A DNA stretch of 62,580 bases, filler included, from Polymyxa betae A26-41 (lineage: Eukaryota > Protista > Endomyxa: Phytomyxea), in the NCBI GenBank assembly GCA_003693705.1. It is 5 parts of 5 records of this genome, joined end to end, with 100 filler letters (N's around TTAATTAATTAA, not from the genome) between each part and the next. Parts side by side here need not be neighbours in the genome. Positions count along the whole stretch, not along the records: positions 1 to 28,389 come from RBZT01000506.1; positions 28,490 to 45,291 come from RBZT01000274.1; 3 more parts are not named here. One strand, 5' to 3'. The translations under genes were made by a program, and so were the position numbers. This document shows positions 24,900 to 37,109 of the stretch, one piece after another. Numbering within the stretch: the first letter of the stretch is position 1; every line of letters starts with the position of its first letter. The notes beneath the pieces were generated by a model. That model was not told where the DNA came from. It did not search any database and saw only the letters and a program-made list of their open reading frames with translations.

Positions 24900-25990
24900 C
24901 GATCTCGACGATCATTCTTCTCCAACCAACGACTGCAGCACCGCTTACATTCACGGATGTTCCGGGATTTGCTCTTGATTCAGCTCAGAGCGAATTCGAA
25001 AGGAGATCTTCTGATCTTGTACAAGTTCTGTGATCATTAAGGCTGTAATGATATCCATCATTGCTTTGAAGACATCCATTACGGCTTTGTAGATCGTCCG
25101 TCTCGAAGACGCTCAATATGTTGTAGGTGCTTGGGTTTTAGGGTTTTGCTCTTTACCTCATTCTGTTCATTTTTGGTCGTTTTCAAGCATGAGGCTTTGC
25201 AGCTCTTGCCGACGCCTTGCGAAAACGTCCAAAACTTCAAAGACGAACGCCTTTCGGACAAACAAGCCCAAATCGGCGATCATATCGAATAATCGACCTG
25301 CTGAGACCAAACAGCAGTCACAATGTGCATTCTGAAGTCTGTCGATCATTTCTATCCAGCCGCGAATTCGACATTCATCAACAATGGCGCGTCCGTGTTC
25401 GTTTTCATGCTCCAAGATGGAATAACAATCCAACAAGCTGTCGTTATCGTTTATGGAGATGGTCGTCTCATCTCCTCGGCAACGCCTTCCCTTAATTTGA
25501 CTTTAAAGTCATGGCCATTTTTTTGGTCTAAGCGGTCAGTACCGCAGTGATTATCAGCGAGAACGGATGCGAACGTTTATTCGCAACGAAACCCGAGCCC
25601 GTGGCGGATAGCGTCCCTCTGTTGAAGATCGATTCGCTGACTGATGTATTGAAAGAAGTGGTGGATCTGGTCCGGGTCCGAACAGGTGATCGAAACCGAG
25701 CCTATGAACTGTCAAAGAGCGCTGGCTATTATGCGGATTCCGTTCGTCCAGCAGGCGAAGTGGATTCTTTCCCATCAATCGGCGGTTGGATATTTAAATT
25801 TTTGATCAACGCACCGACGGAGTTGTTGGAGAGCTTGATCGAATGTCCGTTTTTCGATAGGATGCTGATGCGATTGCCCAATCTCTTTCTATACGTGGAG
25901 GGAGCTCCAAACTCCATATTTTGGCATATCTGTTACGTGATCGATCGGAAGCCAAAGTTCTCGAGTTTCTGGAAAGTTCGAAATTCGTGA
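24900..25990 (+). pseudogene. Decayed member of the E(L/M/C)PFF helical family
   Basis: LLESLIECPFFDRML resembles LLRFITELPFFPLI and MLRMFAEMPFFPQI in the 2.1-5.0 kb locus; upstream frames are broken. Confidence 0.4.
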
Positions 25991-26211
25991 TCCTGATACT
26001 CCAAGGACATTCGAAATCTGAGAGATATTACTGACAACTACAGATGATGCTCTGCATGAGCAATCTTTGGACCCCGAAATTATAGATGAGCTTACATAAA
26101 CCTTCGCATTTTGCTTCTTATTCCAAGTAGTATAATATACAGATAGTGTGTTAACAAATATTTAGATCTTGGAAGGAAAATACAATTTTGTGAAACCAAA
26201 ATCTAGTTTTT

Positions 26212-26949
26212 TTAAATTAACCAACGCAGCAGGGCCAGCACGACGCGAGGCTCGCCGAGAAGCTGCTGGAGGCCGCTGTCCGAAGCGCATTCCAATAGCA
26301 ATTGGGCGAGTACAGAGTTGTTGGGGAAAATCCGATCGAAGGGCGGGGGCAGGTACGACCATAGGTCGTTGTGATTAGAAGAGAGTGATTGTGACAGATG
26401 AGAAATGAGTGATGTGATTTGAGCAGGGACAGAAGGTAGGCTGAGATCGTTTAGGGCGGATTCTGGAAGGTTCCGCTGAATTAACTGAAGCCGATCATGG
26501 TGGTCTTCGAAATTCTTCGCAGAAGCGAGAAGGGCGCAGGCCACGATCGGGTTCAAATGACGAATTAGAAACCCATACAGAGACATTTTCATGGAAAGGT
26601 GCAGATCGCTGCTGGACTCGATACGACCGTACAGGCCCAGGATATCCTGGATGGTAACAGAACGGCAGGCGGTCGGGTTCTTGTTGGAATTCGCAACGAA
26701 TTCATGGAGACGTCGGGGGAGTTGAGAATCGGGAGCGTGACGATTCAGAATCAGTTCACGAACGCGAAGATGATCACGCAGGGGGTCGCGAAAGGCGCGC
26801 GATGTCAGGGCGAAATTGGCCAGATCGGCGGAGTTCATCGACTCGGCCACCTTCAGGATGAGATCGTCCGAGAGAGCAGCGAGAGCCCCCTCTCCGGAGC
26901 TAGATGCCATCAAGCGGGCCATTGCGATTAGCAGGACGATCCCGACCAT
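26212..26949 (-). CDS. Signal peptide + F-box-like + PPPFDR family protein (possibly 3'-truncated)
   Basis: MVGIVLLIAMARLMASS signal-like; LAALSDDLILKVAESMNSADLANFALTSRAFRDPL fits the F-box consensus; ALLAS...SVPAQIT...YLPPPFDRIFP shared with the 2.1-5.0 kb locus. Confidence 0.7.
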   Translation of the reverse strand: MVGIVLLIAMARLMASSSGEGALAALSDDLILKVAESMNSADLANFALTSRAFRDPLRDHLRVRELILNRHAPDSQLPRRLHEFVANSNKNPTACRSVTIQDILGLYGRIESSSDLHLSMKMSLYGFLIRHLNPIVACALLASAKNFEDHHDRLQLIQRNLPESALNDLSLPSVPAQITSLISHLSQSLSSNHNDLWSYLPPPFDRIFPNNSVLAQLLLECASDSGLQQLLGEPRVVLALLRWLI

Positions 26950-27121
26950 GGTAGTTGAGTTTCAAGATGGTGCGGAAGATCGCATTCGTGAACCGCCATG
27001 GACAGTCACGCATTTGTTTTTTGAGTCTGAGTTGACTCAAAATGTGCGCGCCTCACTCGCCTTTCCAACGGGAATCATTGTAGAGAGTTGATCTCCAAAA
27101 GACTGGAGTGGTTACGGACTA

Positions 27122-27959
27122 TTGTAGACTCTCTTATAATTAATAGGGTCGGGAGACCCTATTCGTATCAATTATAAGAGCGAGTCTTTTATAGCTTAAT
27201 ATTGCGTACGCAAAAAAAGATTGTGCAGTAACGCATTTATAATTGCACCACAGCGCACTTTGTCTCTCGACGCTCTTTTTGATATGATTTTTTCAGTGTA
27301 TGTGGCTTGTCCGATGCCTGGATTTGGGGCCACTGGTAGTTATCGCCATGAGATCCATGAATCAACACTCATCAACAACTTGGATTCCACAAAACGTTCG
27401 CCAGACGTTCATGCCAGCCTCTGTCTGCCCTTTCAGTTCAATTGACGTGCTATATCTCAATTTAATTGCTATTTTCTCTGATAAATGAATATCTGCTTTG
27501 TGACCAAACCTCGTAATGCCCATGTACGCTGCTGTTGCCATCGTAGCACATTGTAATCATTTTTGATTCTGTATTACGAACTAGATCGAGGACCAATGAA
27601 ACAATCAATGTTTACCAGTCTGCCATCAAATCTTAGACGACGCTCCACTAGATAATTTCAATGACAACAAAAAATACGCAGGATTTTTGATGAATTCTCT
27701 CGAGAGCGAGCCGAAGAGCATTTATTTCTTCCAAAACAAATCGATATTTGTTCCTTCTACTAGATTATTATCTCAAAAAACCTTAAAAATGCAATTTATT
27801 ATGGACTCTCTTATAATTAATTTTGGGGAAATACTTATTAATTATGAAATACAGGAGAGTATTAATTATAAGCCATAGAACGGATGTTGGGAGAGCACAT
27901 TTGTATCAATTATAAGAGATTATTATTTATAAGAACATTATTTATAAGAGAGTCTACAG
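27122..27959. mobile_element. Non-autonomous Tc1/mariner-type MITE
   Basis: TA|ttgtagactctcttataa ... ttataagagagtctacag|TA; subterminal gtatcaattataagag and ctctcttataattaat repeats. Confidence 0.8.
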
Positions 27960-28244
27960 TATTTTGTTGCAAAATCTGAATGAGACTGGAGCAGCCCTTC
28001 TGCAAGTCATCATGGCGGAGCCTCATGACATCATTAATGTCTCCTATATAACACACTCTCGATTGTTGTCATGGCTTTAACAGATAACATATGTACTGTA
28101 TGTACATGGACACTGTATACCGCTTGGGCTTCTGTGTATTAGAGTAGCAGCCCTTCATAGTTTAAGGCTGGCCTAAGAACAGTATTCACTATCCACATAT
28201 TCCCACATCGTTGTCTGGCGCCGTCTCTCATCATCTTGTCGGAG

Positions 28245-28389
28245 TTGGATTGGATTGGATTGGATTGGATTCGACTAGTTCGTTGATTTTTGGTCAACAG
28301 GCGGCGCTATTTCCAAAACGCATGGCCGATAGTACTCAGGCGTCTGGCCATACTATCTATCAGTGCTTCTACTTCCAATTTCGAAGCGG
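28245..28389 (-). mobile_element. LINE 3' end with (CCAAT)n tail, cut by contig end
   Basis: (ttgga)5 followed by ctagttcgttgatttttggtcaacaggcggcgc...tagtactcaggc...acttcca, homologous to the 18772 and 50694 copies. Confidence 0.75.
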
Positions 28390-28489
28390 NNNNNNNNNNN
28401 NNNNNNNNNNNNNNNNNNNNNNNNNNNNNNNNNTTAATTAATTAANNNNNNNNNNNNNNNNNNNNNNNNNNNNNNNNNNNNNNNNNNNN
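28390..28489. other. Artificial contig linker (N-TTAATTAATTAA-N, 100 bp)
   Basis: Six-frame-stop spacer inside Ns; same at 45292-45391, 55114-55213 and 59881-59980. Plain N gaps at 42584-42613 and 60594-60740. Confidence 0.97.
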
Positions 28490-28571
28490 CTGTTGGTTGT
28501 TTTTTTTTGCGGTTCGGAATTCGGAAGTAGGAGGGTGCTCGTTTTGGGTCATTTCGTCACGAACTGAACCA

Positions 28572-29287
28572 ATGGGCCGCGGCAAAGGCTGGACCTCGGA
28601 TGAGGACATGTTCCTCGCTCGCTCTGTCGTGCAGGTTAGCCATGACCCAATCGTAGGCGCTGATCAAAAAAGCGCCAAATTCTATAATCGAGTTCTCCAG
28701 CAGTTTTTGCTGTTCGCCCCTGGAAGCAATCGAACTCCAGACGCTCTGTGTAACCGATGGAAGGAGATTCAGGCATCATGCTCCAAATTTGCGGGATATC
28801 TTGCAACGGCCAAGGCTCAGCCGAAGTCGGGAGAGCAAGAAGATTATTATATAGATGAAGCATTCCGAATTTTTCAGGAAGTTGAAAAACTGGTTTCAAA
28901 TTTCGCTCTATATGGGAATATCTTCGACAGCACGTTCCGAAGTTTGAGCAGGGCTTGACTCCAAAGGCGATGCATTCTAAGCGAATGCGACCTGAGGATC
29001 AAGATGTATGTGAGGAGGCTCCGGAAGGTCGGTCCCAAACGAGACCTATTGGAACAAAAAAGGCGAAACAGATGGCTTACAAGAAGGATGGACGATGATG
29101 ATGACTGTGTAGAAGTTCAACGGGCTTACGTACTTGAGTCCCGATCGAAGAGCAGAACCGATTGGCATTGTTTTCAGTGAACCTTTCTACCCTGGACGAC
29201 ACTGCGCGAGAGTTCCACGAGCTCAAACGTAAGATAGAGCTGGCTAAGCTGAAAAAACAAGCCGAGGAAATGGGTATTCATTCATAA
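28572..29287 (+). pseudogene. Harbinger Myb/SANT (NAM-associated) DNA-binding ORF, frameshifted
   Basis: GKGWTSDEDMFLARSVVQVSHDPIVGADQKSAKFY...RTPDALCNRWKEI; downstream RPIGTKKAKQ and coiled tail in other frames. Confidence 0.8.
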
Positions 29288-30618
29288 ATTTCCGGCTGAT
29301 TTCCACAGGTGCTCGATCAGGTCAGACTGTAACTGGAAATACGTAGCAGAATCGCGAGTTTCTCGTATACGACCTACTTTTGCTGACAAGGATGCGGCAG
29401 GCAGATCTTCGAAGCTTGTCTCCCTAACCTCAATAGGTAGAGAGATCCGTTGGCGATTGCGACGACGGCGATCTTCACGAGGTTTGCCTGTCTCATAACC
29501 ATCGTCACCCTCTACCGGTGCCTTTCTCTGGTCTTCCACAATCATACTGTGAAGAATGATGCAGGTTCGCATGACGGAGGCGATTCTTTCCTGGTCCCAC
29601 ATTCGTGCTGGGTTTCTGACAATAGCAAAGCGTTTTTGAAGAACACCGAATGCTCGCTCCACATGTTTTCGGCAGCCTTCTTGCTCCCTCGCAAAATACT
29701 GTCTTGCAGCGCCTTGGGGATCAGGGATAGATTTCATGAAGACGGGCCAGTTGGGAAAGATACCATCTGCAAGCCAGTACGGCTTCTCGTAGCGATTTTC
29801 GTTGATCTCGTAGCTGATTGAAGGCATTGTCCCTGTTATGATTGAATGCAGCAGAGGTGATCGTTGTAGAACATTGATATCGTTCATACTACCCGGCATT
29901 CCGAAGAATGCATGCCAAAACCATAGGTCGCGAGATACTGCTGCTTCAAGGACAATGGAAGTTCCTTTGATGCCTCGAAAGGAGCCATGGCATGCTTTAG
30001 GACAATTTTCCCATTTCCAATTATAGCAATCGATGGAACCTATCATTCCTGGGAACCCTCGGTCAGAGTTTTCTTTCAAAATGCGTTTCAAATCATCAGA
30101 TGTTGGTGAGCGCAAGTACTCTGCACCAAATCTGGCTTCTACAGCTGAGCAGAAATGCTGCAAATATTCGCTGGTAGAGGACTCGCTGATTCTGATATAC
30201 TCATCGACCATATCGTAGCTCGAACCATAAAATAAAATTCTGATTGCAGCGACCATTTCTGGACTGCATAAAGGCCTATCTTTCCGAGAGCATCGGTTTT
30301 CTGCTCAAACCAAGGATCCTGGGTCCTAACACCATCCATGATTCGAAGAAAAAGCTCACGGCGCATCTGGAATCGCCTCCGAAACACTCTTGAGTTGAAA
30401 ACCGGATTCTCTGCGAAATAATTTTTGAAGATTCGCTGGAACCCGTCCTCAAAATCACGTTCTGTATTCGGTTCTTTGCCAGGACGCGATCCTCCGTGAA
30501 CAGGAGAGTCGGGAGCCTTCCGTTTCAAACTGAAGAACATCCGGGCCTCAACCAGATCATCATCCAAGCTAGTATCCCGTCGCACTCGCTCAAACCATTC
30601 CCCAATTATCGGATCCAT
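29282..30618 (-). pseudogene. Harbinger/Pong DDE transposase (Plant_tran type), one frameshift near 30260
   Basis: FRRRFQMRRELF; FPGMIGSIDCYNWKW; WFWHAFFGMPGSMNDINVL; YWLADGIFP; RKHVERAFGVLQKRF. Confidence 0.92.
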
Positions 30619-30749
30619 TTGTATATTTGAATGTACAATAGAACGCGCGCGCGGTGCGGCGATTTATATAAACCTGGTCTATTTTAACTCCGTGGCGCAG
30701 AAAATCTCGAATAGGCCTTAGAATAGACTCCACGCGGTGGAGATGCTCT

Positions 30750-33700
30750 CACAATGGAAAACTCCATTATGTACCATCTATTTTTAGAAAATGCTAGACC
30801 CAAACAAATCGAAATCTGTTACATACCGAACTCTAACAACGCAATTGTAATTGACTTAACAGCACGATTTGAATCATCAGAAACAGCAATGGCAGAAGAG
30901 GACCGATTGCTAAACTGCAATTGGAAACCGAAAGAATTAATCGAGGCGATAAATACCGGAATGGGACATAACCTATTCATTGCCGGTGTGATTTCCAAAC
31001 CCCTAATTGTAAGTACAATGGTACAAACGTTAAAGAAAACTAACAAATCTTTCAGGAACATTCTAAATATGAAAAAACTGACAGTTGGCTGTCAATGCTA
31101 CTACATAACCCGATACATAACAGTCTCGTTATCCCATTAATTATATACAAAGCGAGTAACTTGGTAAGAGAAATCAAAGGTGATACAATCATCCTTCAAG
31201 GTGCATGGATAAACAAAGTATTTATATCCCGTAAGCACTTGCAATAATCTCAAATATAAAACTCACCTTCTCTTTATAGGTATACGAGAAGAAATGCCTG
31301 CCATTTTATCAGTAGCTAAACAAAGTAACAACATAGGCATCTATATATGACGGATCGGATATAATTACTGCTGAAATTTGGAATCAGCATAAGAGTCAAT
31401 TCCCTAATATCATCAGTCAGGTGCAAACTAATTGGGTAAATCGATTTTGAAAAACTAATTCTATATTTAATAACAATAAGAAATAAAAAAAACAGTAACA
31501 CAAAGTTATTATTGAGATAGTAGCATAGATAGAAACTTAAAATCCTAATGAACGTTACTTATAAAGAAAATAAAAATTTCCAAAATATTGATTCAATACA
31601 CCAAGTCTATAATGAGTCAAGCACTCTAGGGTTATAATTCATACAGTTGTCGACATAGAGGTACGTGCAGCAATGGAATTACCAACCCTGCAACTAATTA
31701 GCCGAGCATGGCCTAACATGCTTTATGATGGACTACATCCAGTAGCAGAATGTGACAAAATTCATCCATTCATTCCTAGGCTCGGTAAGCAATATCTACT
31801 GATGTGCATTGTAAAGAAAACCAAAAATCCAATAGGTGATAAACACGATACCAATGGGAAACCAAGGCAGTTTTTCTGCTGTTCTTCTCCTCAGATCTGT
31901 TTTCTTGAACATGGACCATCTGATGACCTGCAAATGGTCAAGAATCATATTGAGCATGATCATCAGAGTGTCACTCTATCCTTTCCTCTAACGCCCGAAG
32001 CAAATTATGAATGGGTGCAACCAGTTACATATTTTTCCGATTATTTGATGGTCGTGCGCAACCAACCCAATGGACATGTCGCCTATACATGTTCATGGTT
32101 TTGTAACGTATTCGAAACGTTACATCAAGCGCATGAACATATCATGCTTGGGAATTGTCCTATCTCAAGTTTTCTTTATCACTATCAAGAATGTCGCTGG
32201 CGAAATATTATTCCTAAACGGTATGAAAACTTCAATCATATTGTTTGGGTTCAAAAAACACTCTCTAATATCCAGGAACGTGTATTTCTATCTACATGTT
32301 TATGCCCAGTACGAGATTTCGAATTTATTATCGGGGAACAATTACATCTCCCCATTCACCATAATTGTCGTATAACGACAATTATGCACGAACCTATGCT
32401 CTTGATTAAGAGCTATTATTTATATTATCCTATTAGTTTACCAAAAATATTAGTGGATATCTACCATTCGCAATGGCTGACGAATCCGCATGTTCCTCTA
32501 CAGCAAATCGTTGCAAAAGCTGGATCAACTACGATAACTGCAATTATGTTTTTTCGATGCGTCGAATTTAATTCCAAGACAAATGATTTGTCCGATGTGT
32601 GGTGTAAAAATCAATCGTGACATCTCAAAAAAACATGTAAATGTCGCACAAAATTGGCTATCTCCAGTATGGCAACAATATCCTGGAGCGTTGCATTTAA
32701 TGCAATGGACAACCCATGGATCGGTTGTTATTGGAATCGACAATAATGGAACAGCAATCAATCGTAATGGTGAACGACGAGTTGCAGTTTGTGGCCGATG
32801 TTCTAATAACAGACCATTCTATCCAGCAAGTTTATATTCGCCAATACCTGTTGCAGTTCAAAATTTTACAACGGAAGAACGCCAGGAACTATCCTTAATT
32901 AAAACATACTCGGTATCCACTAATTTAGGTAAGAACATTGTATGATGACAATATTTGAATTAAATTCTATTATTAGGCAACACATTTCATTGCCAATATC
33001 AGGGTGATGTACATCTACAAATCCCTAGATATCGATTCAATGAAAATCGATTGCAAGGAATGTTGAGCATTATATATGCAAACCCAAGAGCGGCAAGACG
33101 ATATGAAAGACTGCATTTGATTTATAAAGCAATAAGGCAATTAACTGCCAATAATCCAATTATTGATGGATTTCGAACCCGAATCATCCAATCTCTATTC
33201 GAACAAATGCAAGAAAACGAAGATGCTCAACCTATTCTCGAGCATGGATATATTCCCGAACCGGCAATGTTAATGCCCGTAATCCCTGATGCATTTAATA
33301 CCTCTATGCAAATAGCATATGATCGATATGGGTTATTAACTCGAAGAGATGGCGAACAAGTGGTAGTTAATCAAAATAACCCACTATTGGAAACGTTTTT
33401 GTTCCCCCATTTATTTCCACAAGGCCAAGAGGGATATGACGAAATCAAGCCGATTGGAGTCTTACAACAGCGTTAAGGTATCGATTGCGACATATCAATA
33501 CAAGATTCTCAGAAACTCCTTATTATGCTTTCTATGTCGTCGATCGATTATTCAAGGCGAAGATATCTGCCTCAAATCGAATGAACAATTCGAAATGGTG
33601 CGCGTGGAGTAGTAAATGCTGGACATGTTCGTAATCATGTGGTGGGAACTCAAGTACCCCGAACTATCCATGCATCACCAGCCTACTTTCATCATCATTA

Positions 33701-34280
33701 TCTTAATTTATGCGCGATTGCAAGAAATCGCAGTCCAGCTACTGATTGGAATACTATCACTGTTAATTATGGTGAACCAATCTTCGAACTGTTGCAAAAC
33801 CGCAGAAATATTGACATCGTATGTCATGATCTTTGCGTTGGTTTCCGCACCAGACAAAGTCTATTTAAACAGTTCGAAACCAGGTACGAAGCCCAAATGT
33901 ATGGCAAAAAAGATTGGGATGTTACACGACTGGAAACGCAAGGTCGCGGAGGCCGCTTCCATCTACATCAATAATCCAGTTCGCTTGAACCCAATAATGG
34001 GCGAAAAAATGCTGCAGGTTGTCGACCAAAACTCAATGAATTGAATACTGCTGAAAATCAATTTCTCCAGTATCTTGTCAATGTCCACCAGCAACATCGA
34101 TGCGTTGTCGCACGATGCGGCCCGGATGCCAGAGATGACGTTAACATTTTGGATGACACAGATGAGTACCTGTCATGTAATTGGAGATCCTCTTTCCCAG
34201 AAAACGCATCTACGCGAACCATTGCGCTGGCAAAACGCGACTATATCAAGCAGTATCTAGTACAAATGCATAGCTAGCAT
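30750..34280 (+). mobile_element. Decayed Helitron/Helentron-like Rep region without a helicase
   Basis: ICPMCG...VCGRC, ETFLFPHLFPQGQEGY, SPAYFHHHYLNLCAIAR...WNTITVN (Rep motif 1 region) and RLETQGRGGRFHLH (HUH motif, ExQxRGxxHxH-like); several frameshifts. Confidence 0.75.
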
Positions 34281-34299
34281 CAGGATAAAGATGTATTAA

Positions 34300-35464
34300 T
34301 TATTTGATGTATTTTGAGATATTTCCCGGAGCGTAGACAACATCGCTGTCAACAACGTTGTCTGCACGCTCTGAGCCTGATCCATTTGGTCCAGTTTTTC
34401 CGAGAGCTGTAATAAGGCGATATTGTTAACGCCCTTTTTCTCCGCAGCGTCAACGCGCGATTTTGCTAATTCAGAAATAGAGGCTGCAAAGACCTCTATT
34501 CCATTTTCCAGATGCTCCCCCAGCGTTTTCGGTTTCGATGCCGCTGAAATCTTTACCTTCGAAGGCTTATTTCATTTCTTTGAAGAGTCCAGAGTCCTCT
34601 GCGCCGACTTTTTGAGATTTTTTGTTGGCGTTTTGCAACTGCCGGCATGACGCTCAGGTGAAAAATGTGCCAGAAGTTCTGGCCCGTATTCATAATTTCC
34701 TTATCGTCTTCTTCCTCCAGCTCACGAGATATGGCTTCAACGTCGAAGTCATCTTCGTCTGGCGGCGCTGAAGACGTCCACTCTGCCTTTTGGGATTCAG
34801 CTATTGGTTCGCTCCTCATTTCGTCTTTCGACTGAGAATCAAATTAATTTTTTAGGTTTCTGAGATCAAAAAACAATACCTGAAAGTGCTCATTCATCAC
34901 TTCGAAATAGGGGGGCTTTTCGATCGTTTTACAGTTTCCTGTAGCCGTCGTACTGGAACAGATTTTGTTCCATTCGGTTTTGAGCAGCTTCCAGCGATTG
35001 TTAACTTGGTCTTGAGTGAAACTAACATAATTTCGCTCGTTAAACACACCGGTAAACCATTTCCACCAGTTCGATTTTTCTTGGTTGCTGCGAATATTTG
35101 CCATTTTAGTCTCAGCAATATGGCTATATCGCAGCTCGATCAAGCTCTCAACTAACTCTTTAGTCCACGTTGCTCGTTCCTTTTTCGTAGACGATGGGTT
35201 ATCCTGTTGTTTTACTTTTTTGGCGGCAGTCCCTCTAGGGTTAGGGTTGGCAACGTTTGCCATTACAGGGATTGCGGGTATCGGCGTTATTCCTGCGCCC
35301 ATGGAAAACGGAGGTGAGAAATTGCTTGGGTGCATCACAATTTGTGAGCCAGGAGGATAATAACCTGGCATTATTGGATTATCTGAACCTTTCAGGGTCG
35401 AAATCGGGACATTTCCAGGTAGAGTACATTTCTTCGACGCTGTTATCGTTCGCGAACGTTGCAT
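34300..35464 (-). CDS. Myb/SANT (trihelix-like) DNA-binding protein of a third, partial Harbinger element, spliced
   Basis: RATWTKELVESLIELR...SNWWKWFTGVFN...TQDQVNNRWKLLKTEW...ATGN...PPYFEVM; GT donor near 34879 and an acidic second exon; candidate TIR gctacttgaaccaccctc ending at 35665, followed by TAA. Confidence 0.7.
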
Positions 35465-35787
35465 AACAGCTAATAACGATCAAATAAAACGAATGATGTT
35501 TGAATTAGAACGAATGGGGATCACAGATATTTTATTTGCATGATAAGTGCAGTTTTGACAGATTTGACTGTGCGACTGTCCCTAAATACTGATACCACTT
35601 GAACCAGCTATCAGGGTTTTCGCGCCGAACCCTCACACCGACGGAAAGCTACTTGAACCACCCTCTAAGGAATACAGATACACTTTCAGGATTATAGATA
35701 AATACTAAATTTCGATGGTCAGTGAAAATACGAAATGGGTGTTTACCGGTACAAAGAAGATAATCAAAACGACGAACAGCATAGTGA

Positions 35788-36066
35788 TGTTGGTTGGAGG
35801 CTGATCTGCTTGATCCGTCTCTCTCGTCGGTCATGTCTCACAAACGATGGACACAGACAATTAGAACACAATATAAGAGTATTTTATATATTAGGTCGCA
35901 AAACATCACGACAGGTAAATATGAACTCTCCTAGCCTTCACAGTTAAAAGAACTGCGAAAGAAAGTTCCAGCAACTACAGAGCCGACCATAGCCAACTGA
36001 CTCGCTATCGCGATACTGGTGGCACTGGAAGATGAGTCGGACACCAAACCATTCGCACATTCAACA
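35788..36066. mobile_element. Solo LTR inserted in the Gypsy RNase H
   Basis: TGTTG...CAACA termini with 5-bp flanks agtga/actga (one mismatch); removing it restores EKEAYPIHYAVRRFDYLL. Confidence 0.8.
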
Positions 36067-37109
36067 ACTGAATGGGATAGGCTTCTTTCTCAGGAACAGA
36101 CCAGTTTGTAGCAGGACCTTTAAAAACACCAGAGCAGAAAGCAAGCGGCTAATGCGGCTGCTCTTTAAATGGTAGATGTAAATCCTGAACAGGAACTTGA
36201 GTTATCACGATCATCCAAAAATCCTTACTAGCATCCGTAAAGAGGCATGGGACCAGATCTTCAGATGGATACGCCAACGTAACAGCGTTTTTGCTGGAGT
36301 TGACAATAGTCGAGAACGATTCAGCATGTTCAGGTTTCCAGCCGACCTCCGACAGCAGAATGCGGGATGCAAACTTCTTCGAACGAACAGGGGCATTCTT
36401 CAAGCATTCTTCGAGTAATTGACGTAACGGAGCAGCTTTCCGAGCAAAATCAGGTATGGCCGACGACAGCCACTTAGCAGCACAGACAAACTGCATCAGT
36501 TCTCCAACGGTGGCAGGGACCGGGAAGTTCTGAAGAGCTTGAATACGCTTGGGTTCATGAGAGATTCCCTTCGACGAATAGATATTGCCACACCAGAGGG
36601 CTTCAGTCATGAAAAAACAACATTTGGAAGCACTCAATTTTAAATTAAAATCACGCAAAGAACAAAAACCTTTTTCAATAAAGAAAGCAACTTGTCAGGA
36701 GAATCAGAAAATCTTAGCAAATCATAAAGCCAAACTAAGAGTGCGTTTGGCAACAAACGAGTTCAAAACCGTGGTTTTTCGTAAACTACGGTTCTGGCCG
36801 CAGTTTTCGTTTTCTCACAGTTTTCTAGCCCAAACACTCCAGTAAAAACTACAGTTTCTCTAACAAAGATCCATTTGAACAAATTTGATTTTATTTGTGC
36901 TTTTGTATGGTGTCTTCGAACTAGTGCATGTCAGCTAATGGAGTGACGAAATATTCAGCTCACACCACATTCCGGCACAATCGTAGCTTTATGCATGAAT
37001 AAATGATGAATCACTGCTTAGCGATGCTGTCTCACTGATTTCTGCTCGATAATCGCTAGATTATATCAATGCTTTTTGTCAGTTTACAAAATAGTGCAAT
37101 TAAAATAAG

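Larger units (their letters stand above)
28490..30748. mobile_element. PIF/Harbinger (Pong-like) transposon, left end lost in the gap
   Basis: Convergent Myb/SANT ORF and DDE nuclease; right terminus tggagatgctc (reverse complement GAGCATCTCCA, a typical PIF/Tourist TIR) followed by TCA, a TNA-type target site. Confidence 0.9.

Noticed and set aside
28390-28489. Recurrent TTAATTAATTAA palindrome (4 sites) as a biological motif
   Set aside because: Always centred in a 100-bp N block, so it is an artificial linker; adjacency across it is not evidence of linkage.
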